Source of the DNA: Candidatus Xenobia bacterium
GTDB lineage: Bacteria; Vulcanimicrobiota; Xenobia; Xenobiales; QWHO01
Length of the DNA: 64,000 bases
Direction of reading: 5' to 3'
NCBI GenBank assembly: GCA_045863235.1
Contig: BTUM01000007.1
Location: 84,335 to 148,334, forward strand
Shown: in pieces, positions 35,432 to 44,769 of the stretch
Numbering within the stretch: the first letter of the stretch is position 1
How the letters are laid out: every line of letters begins with the position of its first letter
Made by a program: the position numbers and the translations under genes
The notes under the pieces: generated by a model
Told to the model about the DNA's origin: nothing
Seen by the model: the letters and a program-made list of their open reading frames with translations, nothing else
The model's database searches: none

Positions 35432-35956
35432 CTACTCGGGAACGACGTACAGCGTACGGTCCGGCTTGTTGAAACCCTCCATCTTCTCGGTCGGCACGCC
35501 GAATGTGGCCGCGAACGTCCGGGTGGGGACACCGGCGAAGCTGGTCGAGATCCCGATGTCCTGGGGCTTGCTGTTGTTGAAGCAAATTGCCAGTTCGCAC
35601 TCGGTGTCGCCAGCGTTCTCCAGGTAGTGGAGGTAGCCTTGGGGGATGAACCCGACATCGCCCGGGTTCAGCACGACCTCGTCGAAGGTGTCGTCCGGAT
35701 TGACGACCCCCAGGCGCACCTGGCCTTTCACTACGAAGTTCAACTCCCAGCAATTGGGGTGCCAGTGGGGCTCGCGCAGCCCCTTGGGCTCCAGACGCAC
35801 GTAGTATACGGCTGCCGCCTGACCGGTGACCACCGGGAATACGTCCTGGTCGCAGACGCTGACTGACCCAACGGACGTTTTGACGACGGGGGTGATGCTG
35901 GTAAGGGGGAAACGGTGCGTGGGCCCGCCGGCTTTCAGGGTTGGTTTACTGTCCAT
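35432..35956 (-). CDS. Single-domain cupin, oxalate decarboxylase/germin-like
   Basis: LREPHWHPNCWEL and GDVGFIPQGYLHYLEN (His/His/Glu/His metal site). Confidence 0.9.
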   Translation of the reverse strand: MDSKPTLKAGGPTHRFPLTSITPVVKTSVGSVSVCDQDVFPVVTGQAAAVYYVRLEPKGLREPHWHPNCWELNFVVKGQVRLGVVNPDDTFDEVVLNPGDVGFIPQGYLHYLENAGDTECELAICFNNSKPQDIGISTSFAGVPTRTFAATFGVPTEKMEGFNKPDRTLYVVPE

Positions 35957-36170
35957 GCGCGACCGGTTCGAGCAGTCGGCGTTCAAGCCTGCCCGTGAGA
36001 CGCACAGAAAGTGACGACCGTTTCGGACGCGCAATCAAGGGCTCCAGTCCAGAGGAACGGGGGTAGACCAGGGATTGGCTGCTCCCGGAACTCATCCACC
36101 CTACTGGAAGGGCGATTCTCCTGCCGCTCGAACAGTATGCGACCATCAAAGTTCTTCAAGGAGTCGCCGA

Positions 36171-37787
36171 ATGCACAAGTGTAATGTTCTGCTCGGAGTC
36201 CTGGCGGGGGGAATACTGTTCTGCGCCGGGTGCTCGGGGAGCACCGAACCGAACGTGACCACAGCGACTCCGCCTAACCCAAGCGCGCTTGACGTGCAGC
36301 TGAGGCAATTGGCCCAACAGAACGGGGTCACCCCGCTGGATAATCCGATTCCCACCGATCCTCCCAATGGCAGTGCCCGGGCCCAGATCTTCCTGGGTCA
36401 GCAGCTTTTTCGAGACAAAGCTATCAGCGGTAACGCCAGTATCTCCTGTAACAGTTGTCATACGACGGCCCAGAACCTGGGAGACGGGATGTCGATCGGC
36501 GTGGGCCAGGATGCGCAGGGTACCGCTCCCTTTCGACGTAACGGCTTTCAGACGGGCTTCCTGAATACCAGTGGGCTCCGCGTCCCTTATTTCCACCGCA
36601 ACTCCATGCCGCTGTTCAATGTGGGCTCTGAGTTCTGGCGCGTTCGTCTCTGGGATGGACGGGTTCAGGAAGGCACCCAGACGATCGGCAATCTCGAGAG
36701 CAATGGCCAGTTCATCTCCCCGGCCGGCAACTTGCTGCCCCTTGGCTTCGACAACGTAACGGCCGTGCTGGAATGCTTCCCGCCCACGACCGATCGCGAG
36801 ATGCTTGGAAACATCGGTGATCATCGTCGCAATCCCCAGGACACGATGGTCTACACTGGCCCCTTGAACGAGGTCGCGTCGGCAGGCATCTCTCAGGTAG
36901 AGGGAACCCAGGAAGGCAGCGACCCCGAGTTTGCCGACCAGATCGGCGCCATTATGGGGCGACTGTCGGGTCCTCTGAATCTGGCGGGCGAGCCCAACCC
37001 CTACATCGAGCTGTTCCAAGCCGCTTACGGCCATCCGCCGATCAACGGCCCCCAGGGCTACGTCGACGTAGGAAACGCCATGTCGGCCTTCTTGAAGGTG
37101 GCGTTCACCTATATCAACAGTCCTTTCGAACAGTATCTGCGGGGCGACGACACTGCTCTCAACGCCCAGGAGAAACGCGGCATGCTGGTGTTCTTCACCA
37201 ATGGGCGCTGCGTGGCGTGCCACAACGGACCGCTGCTCACCGACCAGGACTTCCACAACATCGGTGTGCCGCAGATCGGTCCGGGAAACATCGCCGGCCT
37301 CGATTCCACGGCTCCCAACGGCGAGATCGCCACCAAGAGCGACTACGGCCGCTTCGGGCGCACGCTGATCGAGAGCGACAAGTTCAAGTTCCGTACGCCC
37401 ACGCTGCACTCCACCGCTCTGACGGGGCCTTTCATGCACGACGGCACTTTCTTCACGCTGGAAGCCGCCGTGCGCCATCACCTGAACGTCCAGGGCTCGT
37501 TCCAGACGTACAATGCGGCGCAGGTGTTCCCGCAGCAATTGCTCGACCCTAATCTGGGCGGCGGGCCGGTGAACCGCGATCCGATCCTCACCACCAACCT
37601 GGATCCGGTCGTGGCCAACGGCATCCCGCTGACCGAGGAGGAGATCCAGGACCTGCTGGCTTTCCTGAACGCTTTGACCGACCCCGCCGCGCTTACCACC
37701 CTGGACCGCGCCAACCCGACGGGCCGATTCGCGACCATCAGCCCCAGCGGCATGCCGATCAGCGACAGTTTTGGCGGCAACCCCTAG
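36171..37787 (+). CDS. Di-heme cytochrome c peroxidase/MauG-family lipoprotein
   Basis: Lipobox CAGC; heme motifs CNSCH and CVACH; WDGR; FRTPTL, TGPFMHDG; AAGGAG SD before ATG 36171. Confidence 0.92.
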   Translation: MHKCNVLLGVLAGGILFCAGCSGSTEPNVTTATPPNPSALDVQLRQLAQQNGVTPLDNPIPTDPPNGSARAQIFLGQQLFRDKAISGNASISCNSCHTTAQNLGDGMSIGVGQDAQGTAPFRRNGFQTGFLNTSGLRVPYFHRNSMPLFNVGSEFWRVRLWDGRVQEGTQTIGNLESNGQFISPAGNLLPLGFDNVTAVLECFPPTTDREMLGNIGDHRRNPQDTMVYTGPLNEVASAGISQVEGTQEGSDPEFADQIGAIMGRLSGPLNLAGEPNPYIELFQAAYGHPPINGPQGYVDVGNAMSAFLKVAFTYINSPFEQYLRGDDTALNAQEKRGMLVFFTNGRCVACHNGPLLTDQDFHNIGVPQIGPGNIAGLDSTAPNGEIATKSDYGRFGRTLIESDKFKFRTPTLHSTALTGPFMHDGTFFTLEAAVRHHLNVQGSFQTYNAAQVFPQQLLDPNLGGGPVNRDPILTTNLDPVVANGIPLTEEEIQDLLAFLNALTDPAALTTLDRANPTGRFATISPSGMPISDSFGGNP

Positions 37788-37965
37788 CTAGGAGACTGAT
37801 GCAAAACCGGTTGTGGCGGCGGAGCTCTGCCACTACAAGAAATTGTGTAGGGCATCAGCCTGGCGCAGGATGATGCAAAAGCCCTCTTCGAGGACTTTTG
37901 CATCATCTCTGCCAGGCCAGGAGCGCAGCCGGAAACCCATTGACGACACGCCTTTCCGGCTGTGC
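37788..37965. repeat. Array of three inverted-repeat elements (REP/MITE-like) between convergent genes
   Basis: CTGATGC/GCATCAG (37796-37858); perfect GATGATGCAAAAG/CTTTTGCATCATC (37869-37907); GCGCAGCCGGAAA/TTTCCGGCTGTGC (37923-37965). The left arm of the third recurs at 19446-19465. Confidence 0.75.
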
Positions 37966-38032
37966 GCGCCCAGCATATTGTTCGCTGGCGGAGGTGGGGG
38001 CCGGGGCCCCCGAGGGACTTTAGACCTGGACC

Positions 38033-39067
38033 TCAGGATTCCGACGACTCTCTGGTCTTCTCGCGGGCTTTGGCGCGAAACACCCAGTACACCGTCCCCG
38101 TGTAAGCCAGCGCCAGGGGCATGCCCACCAGCGCCACCCAGCGCATCGTGCTGAGCGTGCCCTGACTGGAGGCTGAGTTGTAAATCGTCAAGTTCAAGCC
38201 AGGGTCGGCGTGGGACGCGATCAGGTTGGGGAACAGCACGGCGGCGTAGAGGAAGGCCAGGCACGCGATGTTGGCGGCCGACAGCATGAACGCCACCACG
38301 GGACGGCTATGCGCGAGGGCAAGTCCGGAGCCCACCATCAGGGCGAGCTTGAGGCCCATTGCGACGCGCGCGATAGCCAGGTGGACGAGGCTGGTGTATT
38401 CCCAGAACACGTATTTCCAGGCATAGTATGAGACAGCAGCGTAGCTCAGGAGGTAGATGATCCAGAAAATCCAGGCGGCCCGTGTCACGCGGTCGAGCAG
38501 GGCTCCCGGCTCGATTCGCATGCGGAGAAACAGCGTTCCATGGAGCGCGAAAAGCATAATGGTCTTGAAGGCCACCAGGCCCGCCCCCACCGAGAAGAGG
38601 TCCGCCAGCGTGCCGGCGAATTCGTGGTGGGTCCCGAGCGGTACGCCCGCAAGGGCGTTGGCGATCATGCACCCGAACACAGCCGAGGTGAGCAGACAGG
38701 CCGCTCCCAGCGCCAGATCCCACAGCTTGCGCCACCAGGACCAGGTCTCATGGTCACGCAGCTCCATCGCGACCGCGCGCAGAAGAAGTGCGGCCAGCAG
38801 GGCCATGAAGGGCAGATAGAACCCGGAGAACGCGGCAGCGTAGGCGTCCGGAAAGGCTCCGAAGAAGGCGCCGCCGAAACAGACCAGCCAGACCTCGTTG
38901 CCGTCCCAGAGGGGGGCGATCGTGCTCAGGAGCGTTCGCTTCTCCGCCTCGGTGCGCGCCAGCAGGTTGAGAACGATGCCCACGCCCAGATCGAATCCGT
39001 CCAGAATGGCATAGGCCGTCAGCATGACGGCCAGAAGCACGAACCAGAGGACGTTCAGGTCGGTCAC
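38033..39067 (-). CDS. cydB: Cytochrome bd ubiquinol oxidase subunit II
   Basis: YAILDGFDLGVG, PLWDGNEVWLV, FPDAYA; GTG 39067 coupled to the cydA stop. Confidence 0.95.
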   Translation of the reverse strand: MTDLNVLWFVLLAVMLTAYAILDGFDLGVGIVLNLLARTEAEKRTLLSTIAPLWDGNEVWLVCFGGAFFGAFPDAYAAAFSGFYLPFMALLAALLLRAVAMELRDHETWSWWRKLWDLALGAACLLTSAVFGCMIANALAGVPLGTHHEFAGTLADLFSVGAGLVAFKTIMLFALHGTLFLRMRIEPGALLDRVTRAAWIFWIIYLLSYAAVSYYAWKYVFWEYTSLVHLAIARVAMGLKLALMVGSGLALAHSRPVVAFMLSAANIACLAFLYAAVLFPNLIASHADPGLNLTIYNSASSQGTLSTMRWVALVGMPLALAYTGTVYWVFRAKAREKTRESSES

Positions 39068-40470
39068 TCGTTCACCCTGGATTTGGCGCGGGATACCACG
39101 CTGTCTGCCCATCCCCTGGCCAGGCTCTGGTTGGTGCCGAGCGCGAAGACCTCCGGGCCGGCCTGGATCCGCCGCTTGAGGGTGTAGAGCCAGAGCAGGC
39201 CCATCAGAAAGTAGATGACCAGGAACATGAGGATGGATGCCAGCACATGCGAGGCCTGAACGGCCTCGCTGATGGCGTCGCTGGTGCGGAGGAGCTTGTA
39301 CACGATCCAGGGCTGCCTCCCCACCTCGGCGGCGACCCAGCCGGCCTCGTTGGCCAGGAAGGCTGCCGGAGCGCCCATCATCAGGAGGACCAGGAGCCAA
39401 CGTTGGCGCTCCAGGCTCTTCCGCCAATGGAAGAATAGCCCCACGTACGCCACCGTGGCCATGTAGACCCCTAGAAACGCCATCAGGTGAAACGAGAAGA
39501 AGGAGAGGGGGAGGGGAGGCCAGTCCTGCTCAGGGGTCTGGTCGAGCCCGGGAACCGGCTTGTTCTCGAGCGAGTGATAGGTCAGGATACTGAGCAGCCA
39601 CGGTATCTCGATCGCGTAGCGTAGCTTCTTGGCCTCTTTGTCGGGCCAGCCGATAAGGGCGAAGGACGACCGCCCGGTGCCGGTTTCGAAGTGACCCTCG
39701 AAGGCCGCCAGCTTGGTCGGCTGGTGCTGCGCCACCATTCGGGCGCTCGAGTCCCCCGAAACCATCACCAGGGTGCAGGCGATGGCTGCGTAGAACAGAC
39801 CCAGCCTCAGCATGATAGGGGTCATGTCCGGGTGCTGCTTGCGCAGCGCGTACCAGGCGGAGATCGCCAGCGAGAAGTAGGCACCCAGCACGAACGCGGC
39901 CAGCCAGACGTGCACCAGGCGGTCCACGGTGGACGGGTTGAGCACCATCGCCCAGAAGTCCGTGACGTGCGCCCGAGCATTCAGGCCTGTTCCCACGATC
40001 GTGTACCCTGCCGGGGTCTGCATCCAGGAGTTGGCGATCACGATCCAGATGCTGGAGAAGATCCCTCCGAACATCACCATCGTGGTGCAGAAGAAGTGAA
40101 ACCTGGGGGAGACGCGGTTCCAGCCGAACACGACGACGCCGAAGAACCCTGTCTCCAGGAAGAAGGCGAAGATTCCCTCGGACGCGAGCGCCGTGCCGAA
40201 GATGTCCCCCACGAACCGCGAGTAGGCGGCCCAGTTCGTCCCGAACTGGAACTGGTTCACGATGCCAGTGGCCACGCCCATCACGAACGTCACGCCGAAG
40301 AGCTTGGTCCAGAAGTGGGCGATGGAAAGGTAACGAACGTCCTTCGTCTTGAGGTAAAGCCCCTCGGCCACCACCATCAGCACACTCAGCCCGATCGTTA
40401 GCGGCGGGAACAGGTAGTGGAACATGATGGTCATCGCAAACTGAAGGCGGGAGAGGATAACGACGTCCAT
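39064..40470 (-). CDS. cydA: Cytochrome bd ubiquinol oxidase subunit I (short Q-loop)
   Basis: [52 protein letters not shown]. Confidence 0.97.
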   Translation of the reverse strand: MDVVILSRLQFAMTIMFHYLFPPLTIGLSVLMVVAEGLYLKTKDVRYLSIAHFWTKLFGVTFVMGVATGIVNQFQFGTNWAAYSRFVGDIFGTALASEGIFAFFLETGFFGVVVFGWNRVSPRFHFFCTTMVMFGGIFSSIWIVIANSWMQTPAGYTIVGTGLNARAHVTDFWAMVLNPSTVDRLVHVWLAAFVLGAYFSLAISAWYALRKQHPDMTPIMLRLGLFYAAIACTLVMVSGDSSARMVAQHQPTKLAAFEGHFETGTGRSSFALIGWPDKEAKKLRYAIEIPWLLSILTYHSLENKPVPGLDQTPEQDWPPLPLSFFSFHLMAFLGVYMATVAYVGLFFHWRKSLERQRWLLVLLMMGAPAAFLANEAGWVAAEVGRQPWIVYKLLRTSDAISEAVQASHVLASILMFLVIYFLMGLLWLYTLKRRIQAGPEVFALGTNQSLARGWADSVVSRAKSRVNE

Positions 40471-40696
40471 CAGGTGCCTCTCCTTTGTGGGATGGGCCCG
40501 ATCCCCTGCGTTCGGATGTTCAAAGAGCTAAGGGCCAGGAAAACTGCTCGAAACTTTCTCAATGGTGGTTATCGACGGCTGCGTCCTTCTGCATTTACTC
40601 CCTGAGTGCCACCATCGGCCGGGACCAACCTCGTCCCCGGCCGGGCTGCAGTCGACAAGTGGAAGAATGACCGCCATAGCGGGCTGATGTGGTCTG

Positions 40697-41290
40697 CTAG
40701 TTGCGCGGAGCGGCGGAGAACACGTTGGTCTGAACTTCCATCTGCATCGAGTTGGGACGGCGCCGCTGGGCTACGATGGTCAGCCCCAAGACTCCCCCCA
40801 GGTCCTGGACCTGGAAGCTGGTGACCGAGCGGGCCAGGACTCGTCCGCCTACCAGGCTGTTGGCCAGGGGCTGGCCGGTGTACTGCTCGATCGGCACCAC
40901 GGCGCTGGTGGGGGGAACGATGGGCACCTCCAGGTAACGCACCTCGCCCGAGGGGGCGTCGAAATAGTAGAGCTGATAGCTCTGCCAGATCAGCTCGCTG
41001 GTGGTGGGGTCGATGGCGAAAACCCCGGCCGGGGTGATGGCCGAGGGCAGGCTGCAGGCATTCCCGGTGGCTGACAGGCTGATGGCCGACAGGCTTGCCG
41101 TCTCGGTCTCGCGCACCCAGCGTCCTCCGACCGCCTGGCCCTGTTGCTGTAGCTCGGCCAGCCCATCGGCTTTGAACCAGGCCCCGATGCCCATGCGGAA
41201 GATGGCGAAGATGGCTGCGGTCAGGATGGCCAGGATGCCGGCTCCAACCATCGTCTCGAGCAGGGTGGCTGCCCGCTGATCAGGGCGCAT
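40697..41290 (-). CDS. Minor pilin-like protein (PilW/GspJ-like)
   Basis: Prepilin-like QRA|ATLLETMV plus hydrophobic helix. Confidence 0.8.
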   Translation of the reverse strand: MRPDQRAATLLETMVGAGILAILTAAIFAIFRMGIGAWFKADGLAELQQQGQAVGGRWVRETETASLSAISLSATGNACSLPSAITPAGVFAIDPTTSELIWQSYQLYYFDAPSGEVRYLEVPIVPPTSAVVPIEQYTGQPLANSLVGGRVLARSVTSFQVQDLGGVLGLTIVAQRRRPNSMQMEVQTNVFSAAPRN

Positions 41291-41687
41291 AGAAACAGCT
41301 CTCCGTCATCACCCGGTGCTGTTGCTGCCAGCGAACCTCGACTCGCACGGCCACGAAGTCCGGGCGGATCGGCTGGGTGGTCACGAACAGGGTGAAGGGC
41401 AGATTGGCCACCGCGGCGGTGGGGTAGGGCGCGGGCGGAAAGCCGGCCACCGTAGGGGTGGGAATGGAGCCATCGAAGGTCAGGGCGTTGTGCGGGACGT
41501 TGCCTGAAACGCGCACCTGCTCGAGCAACTGGCGGGCGAGCTGGGTGGCCGCTTGGGCGTCGCGCGATTGGGCCAGCAGGCGTAGACCCGAGGTGAAGAC
41601 CCCGATCAGGGCCAGCATCGCCACCGCCAGGATGCCCACGGCCAGCATGATCTCGGCCAGGTTGATGCCTCGCCGACGCGAATTCAA
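41280..41687 (-). CDS. Minor pilin-like protein (PilV/GspI-like)
   Basis: RRRG|INLAEIMLAVGILAVAML; C-terminal VRVEVRW. Confidence 0.85.
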   Translation of the reverse strand: MNSRRRGINLAEIMLAVGILAVAMLALIGVFTSGLRLLAQSRDAQAATQLARQLLEQVRVSGNVPHNALTFDGSIPTPTVAGFPPAPYPTAAVANLPFTLFVTTQPIRPDFVAVRVEVRWQQQHRVMTESCFYAP

Positions 41688-43501
41688 CGACTCATCCAGA
41701 CGCTGACCTGGAACGTGCCGATGGTCGAGCCGGATTGCTCGAGCAGATCGCGCACGAAGGTCACTCGCACTCCCCGGTTGAGGTAGATGTCGCCTGGATT
41801 CACCTGCAAGCCGGGGTTGGTGGGGTCCGGGAAGCCAGGGGGCTGGGTCCCGTCGTCGGCGGCGATCAGCCCGCCCCGGATGTTGACCTCGTTCTCCGAG
41901 TAGAAGTAACCGTTGGTGTAGATCAGGCCGTTGAAATGGGCCGCGCCCAGCTTGTCATAGTCGAGCTGGCTCATGGTGGAGCTGATCAGGCTGTAAATCA
42001 GGGCCTGCTGAGCCGGCCCATAGGTGGAATAGGAGTCGTTGGAGCCGTCTGCCAGACCATCCGTAGATCCGTTCGCCAGCGCAGCGTTGACGTCGTTCTG
42101 CGAGTCGCCTACGCCGGCGTGCCAGGCATACAGGCCCTTGAGCTGGTCATTGGGATCCTGCAGGTAGGTGAATTTTTCCAGCAGGAACTGCTGGGTCGGG
42201 CTGAACGGCTGGGCCTGGAGCAGGTTATTGAGCTTGACGACCGGGGCCATCTCGTTTGGGGCCACCACGAAAGGAGGGGTCACATCGGCCGTGCCCTGGT
42301 GGCCCAGCATGTCGATGCAGAAGTCGAAGTCCGAGCCTTGAAAGCCGTAATCCGTGGGCCCGAAGTTGGCCAGAAAGGTCTGGGCCTGTTGGGTCCAGTT
42401 CTTGGTGTTGGTCCAGTGGGTGCTGTAAGGAACCCCGTTGGGGTCGTTACCGGCCGTGGCCACCAGGTTGTCGAGGTAGGTGGTGCCGTCGAAGCCACGC
42501 AGGGCCACGCTACCCTTGCTGTACACGGAGACCTGCTCGGCGTTGCTGGCGGTGATCTCGCTGTCGCCGTAGAAACTTGTGTTACCGCCCGTGAACACGC
42601 TGCCCTGGCCTTTGATCGTGCCGTTCACTGTCAGATTGCCGGCCACGTAGAGGTTGGCTCCCTGCAGGTCGAGATCGCCATTGTAGTTGAGGTTGCCCCC
42701 CACGTAGTAGTCGCCAGCCGCCAGGGTGGTCACTCCGGGAACCAGGACCGGGGCCGGAGCGGCCGAGTTGGCGCTGATGCGTCCGGTGATGTCCACGATG
42801 GGCGGAGGGGGAGAGGGCTGGTTGTTCTGGACCTGGCCCGTGACGCTGGCTCCGGCCATCTGGATGGCTGAGGGATGGGCGCTGGCCGAGAAGACGGAGC
42901 CCTTGATGGTGGCTGATTCGCCCGGGACGCCGGTCCAGACGACCTGGCCTGCGGAGTTGACACTCGAGCCCGAACGCACGTCGGCATCCACCGGAACGGG
43001 ATTGCTGAGACTTTCGATGCCGTCGATCTCCACGTTGCCCCGCATGCGGATGACGCCCGAGCCGGTCAGGGAGGCCGTCGTGCTGGCCGGGCCCTGGCGC
43101 GTGACGATGACCTCGAGCACCCGGTGGGTCAGGCCCTGCTCGCCGTCCACCACCAGAAAGGCGGTGCCGGGTTGGACCGGCCCGCGAGGGCCGGGTACGG
43201 CCACCCCGCCGCCGATGTTGTTGACCGAGGCGGTCGGTGAGAAGCGGATGCTGTAGCGAGCGCCACCCGAGGGGAGGGGCTGGTTGATGAGGTCGGTGGA
43301 CCAGCCGGGAAGGGCGGTCAGGCGTGACAGAGCATCGGCCACGCCTGCTTCGGCTGCGTTGAGAGCGGCCAGGCCGCTCTGAGACTGCAGTCCAAAGAAT
43401 CCCTGGGCTCGCAATCGCACCGTGAAAGCGATCAGCATCAGGGCCAGGATACCCATCATCAAGAGAGTGGTGACCAGAGCCATCGCTCGGTGGTTGCGCA
43501 T
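41684..43501 (-). CDS. PilX/GspK-like protein with large C-terminal beta-rich domain
   Basis: HRA|MALVTTLLMMGIL, ALNAAEAGVADA; GNLxxNG repeats; GLIYTNG. Confidence 0.8.
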   Translation of the reverse strand: MRNHRAMALVTTLLMMGILALMLIAFTVRLRAQGFFGLQSQSGLAALNAAEAGVADALSRLTALPGWSTDLINQPLPSGGARYSIRFSPTASVNNIGGGVAVPGPRGPVQPGTAFLVVDGEQGLTHRVLEVIVTRQGPASTTASLTGSGVIRMRGNVEIDGIESLSNPVPVDADVRSGSSVNSAGQVVWTGVPGESATIKGSVFSASAHPSAIQMAGASVTGQVQNNQPSPPPPIVDITGRISANSAAPAPVLVPGVTTLAAGDYYVGGNLNYNGDLDLQGANLYVAGNLTVNGTIKGQGSVFTGGNTSFYGDSEITASNAEQVSVYSKGSVALRGFDGTTYLDNLVATAGNDPNGVPYSTHWTNTKNWTQQAQTFLANFGPTDYGFQGSDFDFCIDMLGHQGTADVTPPFVVAPNEMAPVVKLNNLLQAQPFSPTQQFLLEKFTYLQDPNDQLKGLYAWHAGVGDSQNDVNAALANGSTDGLADGSNDSYSTYGPAQQALIYSLISSTMSQLDYDKLGAAHFNGLIYTNGYFYSENEVNIRGGLIAADDGTQPPGFPDPTNPGLQVNPGDIYLNRGVRVTFVRDLLEQSGSTIGTFQVSVWMSR

Positions 43502-43569
43502 ATGTTCTTATGGTAGCACTGATTCGTGGGGTCGGCAGGTGCCGGCGCCCGGAGGGCAAAAATGCCGCC

Positions 43570-44166
43570 GTGGCACTCGATCTCCCCGACCTCGACCCCG
43601 ATCCGCTCAGGCAGTTCCAGAGTTGGTATGCCGATTGGTGCAAAGTCTGCCCGCGCGACCCTGAGGCCATGTTCCTGGCCACCTGCTCTCCCGAGGGCCA
43701 GCCGTCGGTGCGCACGGTGCTGTTGCGCGGTCTGGACGAGCGAGGGTTCTGCTTTTATACCAACTACGAAGGGCGTAAGGGGCGCGAATTGAGCCGAAAT
43801 CCCCTGGCTTGCCTGCTCTTTTACTGGCTCGAGCCCGGTCGGCAGGTTCGGGTGGACGGTCCGGTCGAGCGCATGGACGAGGCTGAGTCGGATGACTACT
43901 TTGCCGGAAGGCCCCGCCTGAGCCAGCTGGGGGCCTGGGCCAGCCACCAGAGCCAGCCCCTGGAGAGCCGACACCAACTGCTCGACCGCCTGCACGAGTT
44001 GGAGCGGCGCTACCCCGAGGTGGTCCCGCGTCCGCCCCACTGGGGTGGTTATCGCTTGCGCCCCAACAGCTGGGAGTTCTGGCAGGCAGGGGAGTTCCGC
44101 CTGCACGACCGGTTTCTCTATCAGGCCCGTGAGGGCGGCTGGAGTATCCTTCGCCTCAACCCTTGA
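43570..44166 (+). CDS. pdxH: Pyridoxamine 5'-phosphate oxidase
   Basis: PEAMFLAT, RTVLLR, FYTNYEGRKG, RQVRVDG, RPPHWGGY, EFWQ, RLHDR; start uncertain (43510-43570). Confidence 0.95.
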   Translation: MALDLPDLDPDPLRQFQSWYADWCKVCPRDPEAMFLATCSPEGQPSVRTVLLRGLDERGFCFYTNYEGRKGRELSRNPLACLLFYWLEPGRQVRVDGPVERMDEAESDDYFAGRPRLSQLGAWASHQSQPLESRHQLLDRLHELERRYPEVVPRPPHWGGYRLRPNSWEFWQAGEFRLHDRFLYQAREGGWSILRLNP

Positions 44167-44211
44167 GGCTGTTCGAGAGGAACGCCGCAGGGAGCGCGAG
44201 AAAGCCCCGCC

Positions 44212-44769
44212 ATGGTCGTCGAGGAACTTCTTCAAGAGCTGGATGGTCGACTGCGCGATTGCTGCGACTGCCAGGCAAAAGTCCAAGCAACCTGCCAGCT
44301 GCTCGAGCAGAGCTCGCATTGCTGCGAGCTACCCGGCCGGCTCCAGCAGATGAGCGCTCAGGGGTACGCGCGGCACCTCGTCTATCGCCATCCAGACGAC
44401 CGCTACTGCGTCGTTGCGATGGTTTGGGGCCCGGGCCAGGGCACGGCCATTCACGACCACGATAACACCTGGTGCGTCGAGGGCTGCGTGGCCGGACAAC
44501 TGGCCATCACCAGCTACGAGGTGGTGGCTCGGCACGAGGATCTGCTCGAGTTGCGTCCTGAGCGCACCATCGAAGTCGGGGTGGGGTCGGTTGGCTGCCT
44601 GATCCCGCCCTTCGAGCACCATCGCATCTTCAATCCATTCGAGCGGGAAGCCATCACGCTGCACGTCTACGGCAAAGAGCTCAAGCAGTGTACGCGTTTC
44701 CTCGAGACCGACCGCCCGAACTTCTACCGCGTGGAGCGCGTTCAGCTCGGCTACTGCACCATGCCTTGA
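44212..44769 (+). CDS. Cysteine dioxygenase-family thiol dioxygenase
   Basis: YARHLVY, WGPGQGTAIHDH, HRIFN, TLHVYG. Confidence 0.9.
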   Translation: MVVEELLQELDGRLRDCCDCQAKVQATCQLLEQSSHCCELPGRLQQMSAQGYARHLVYRHPDDRYCVVAMVWGPGQGTAIHDHDNTWCVEGCVAGQLAITSYEVVARHEDLLELRPERTIEVGVGSVGCLIPPFEHHRIFNPFEREAITLHVYGKELKQCTRFLETDRPNFYRVERVQLGYCTMP

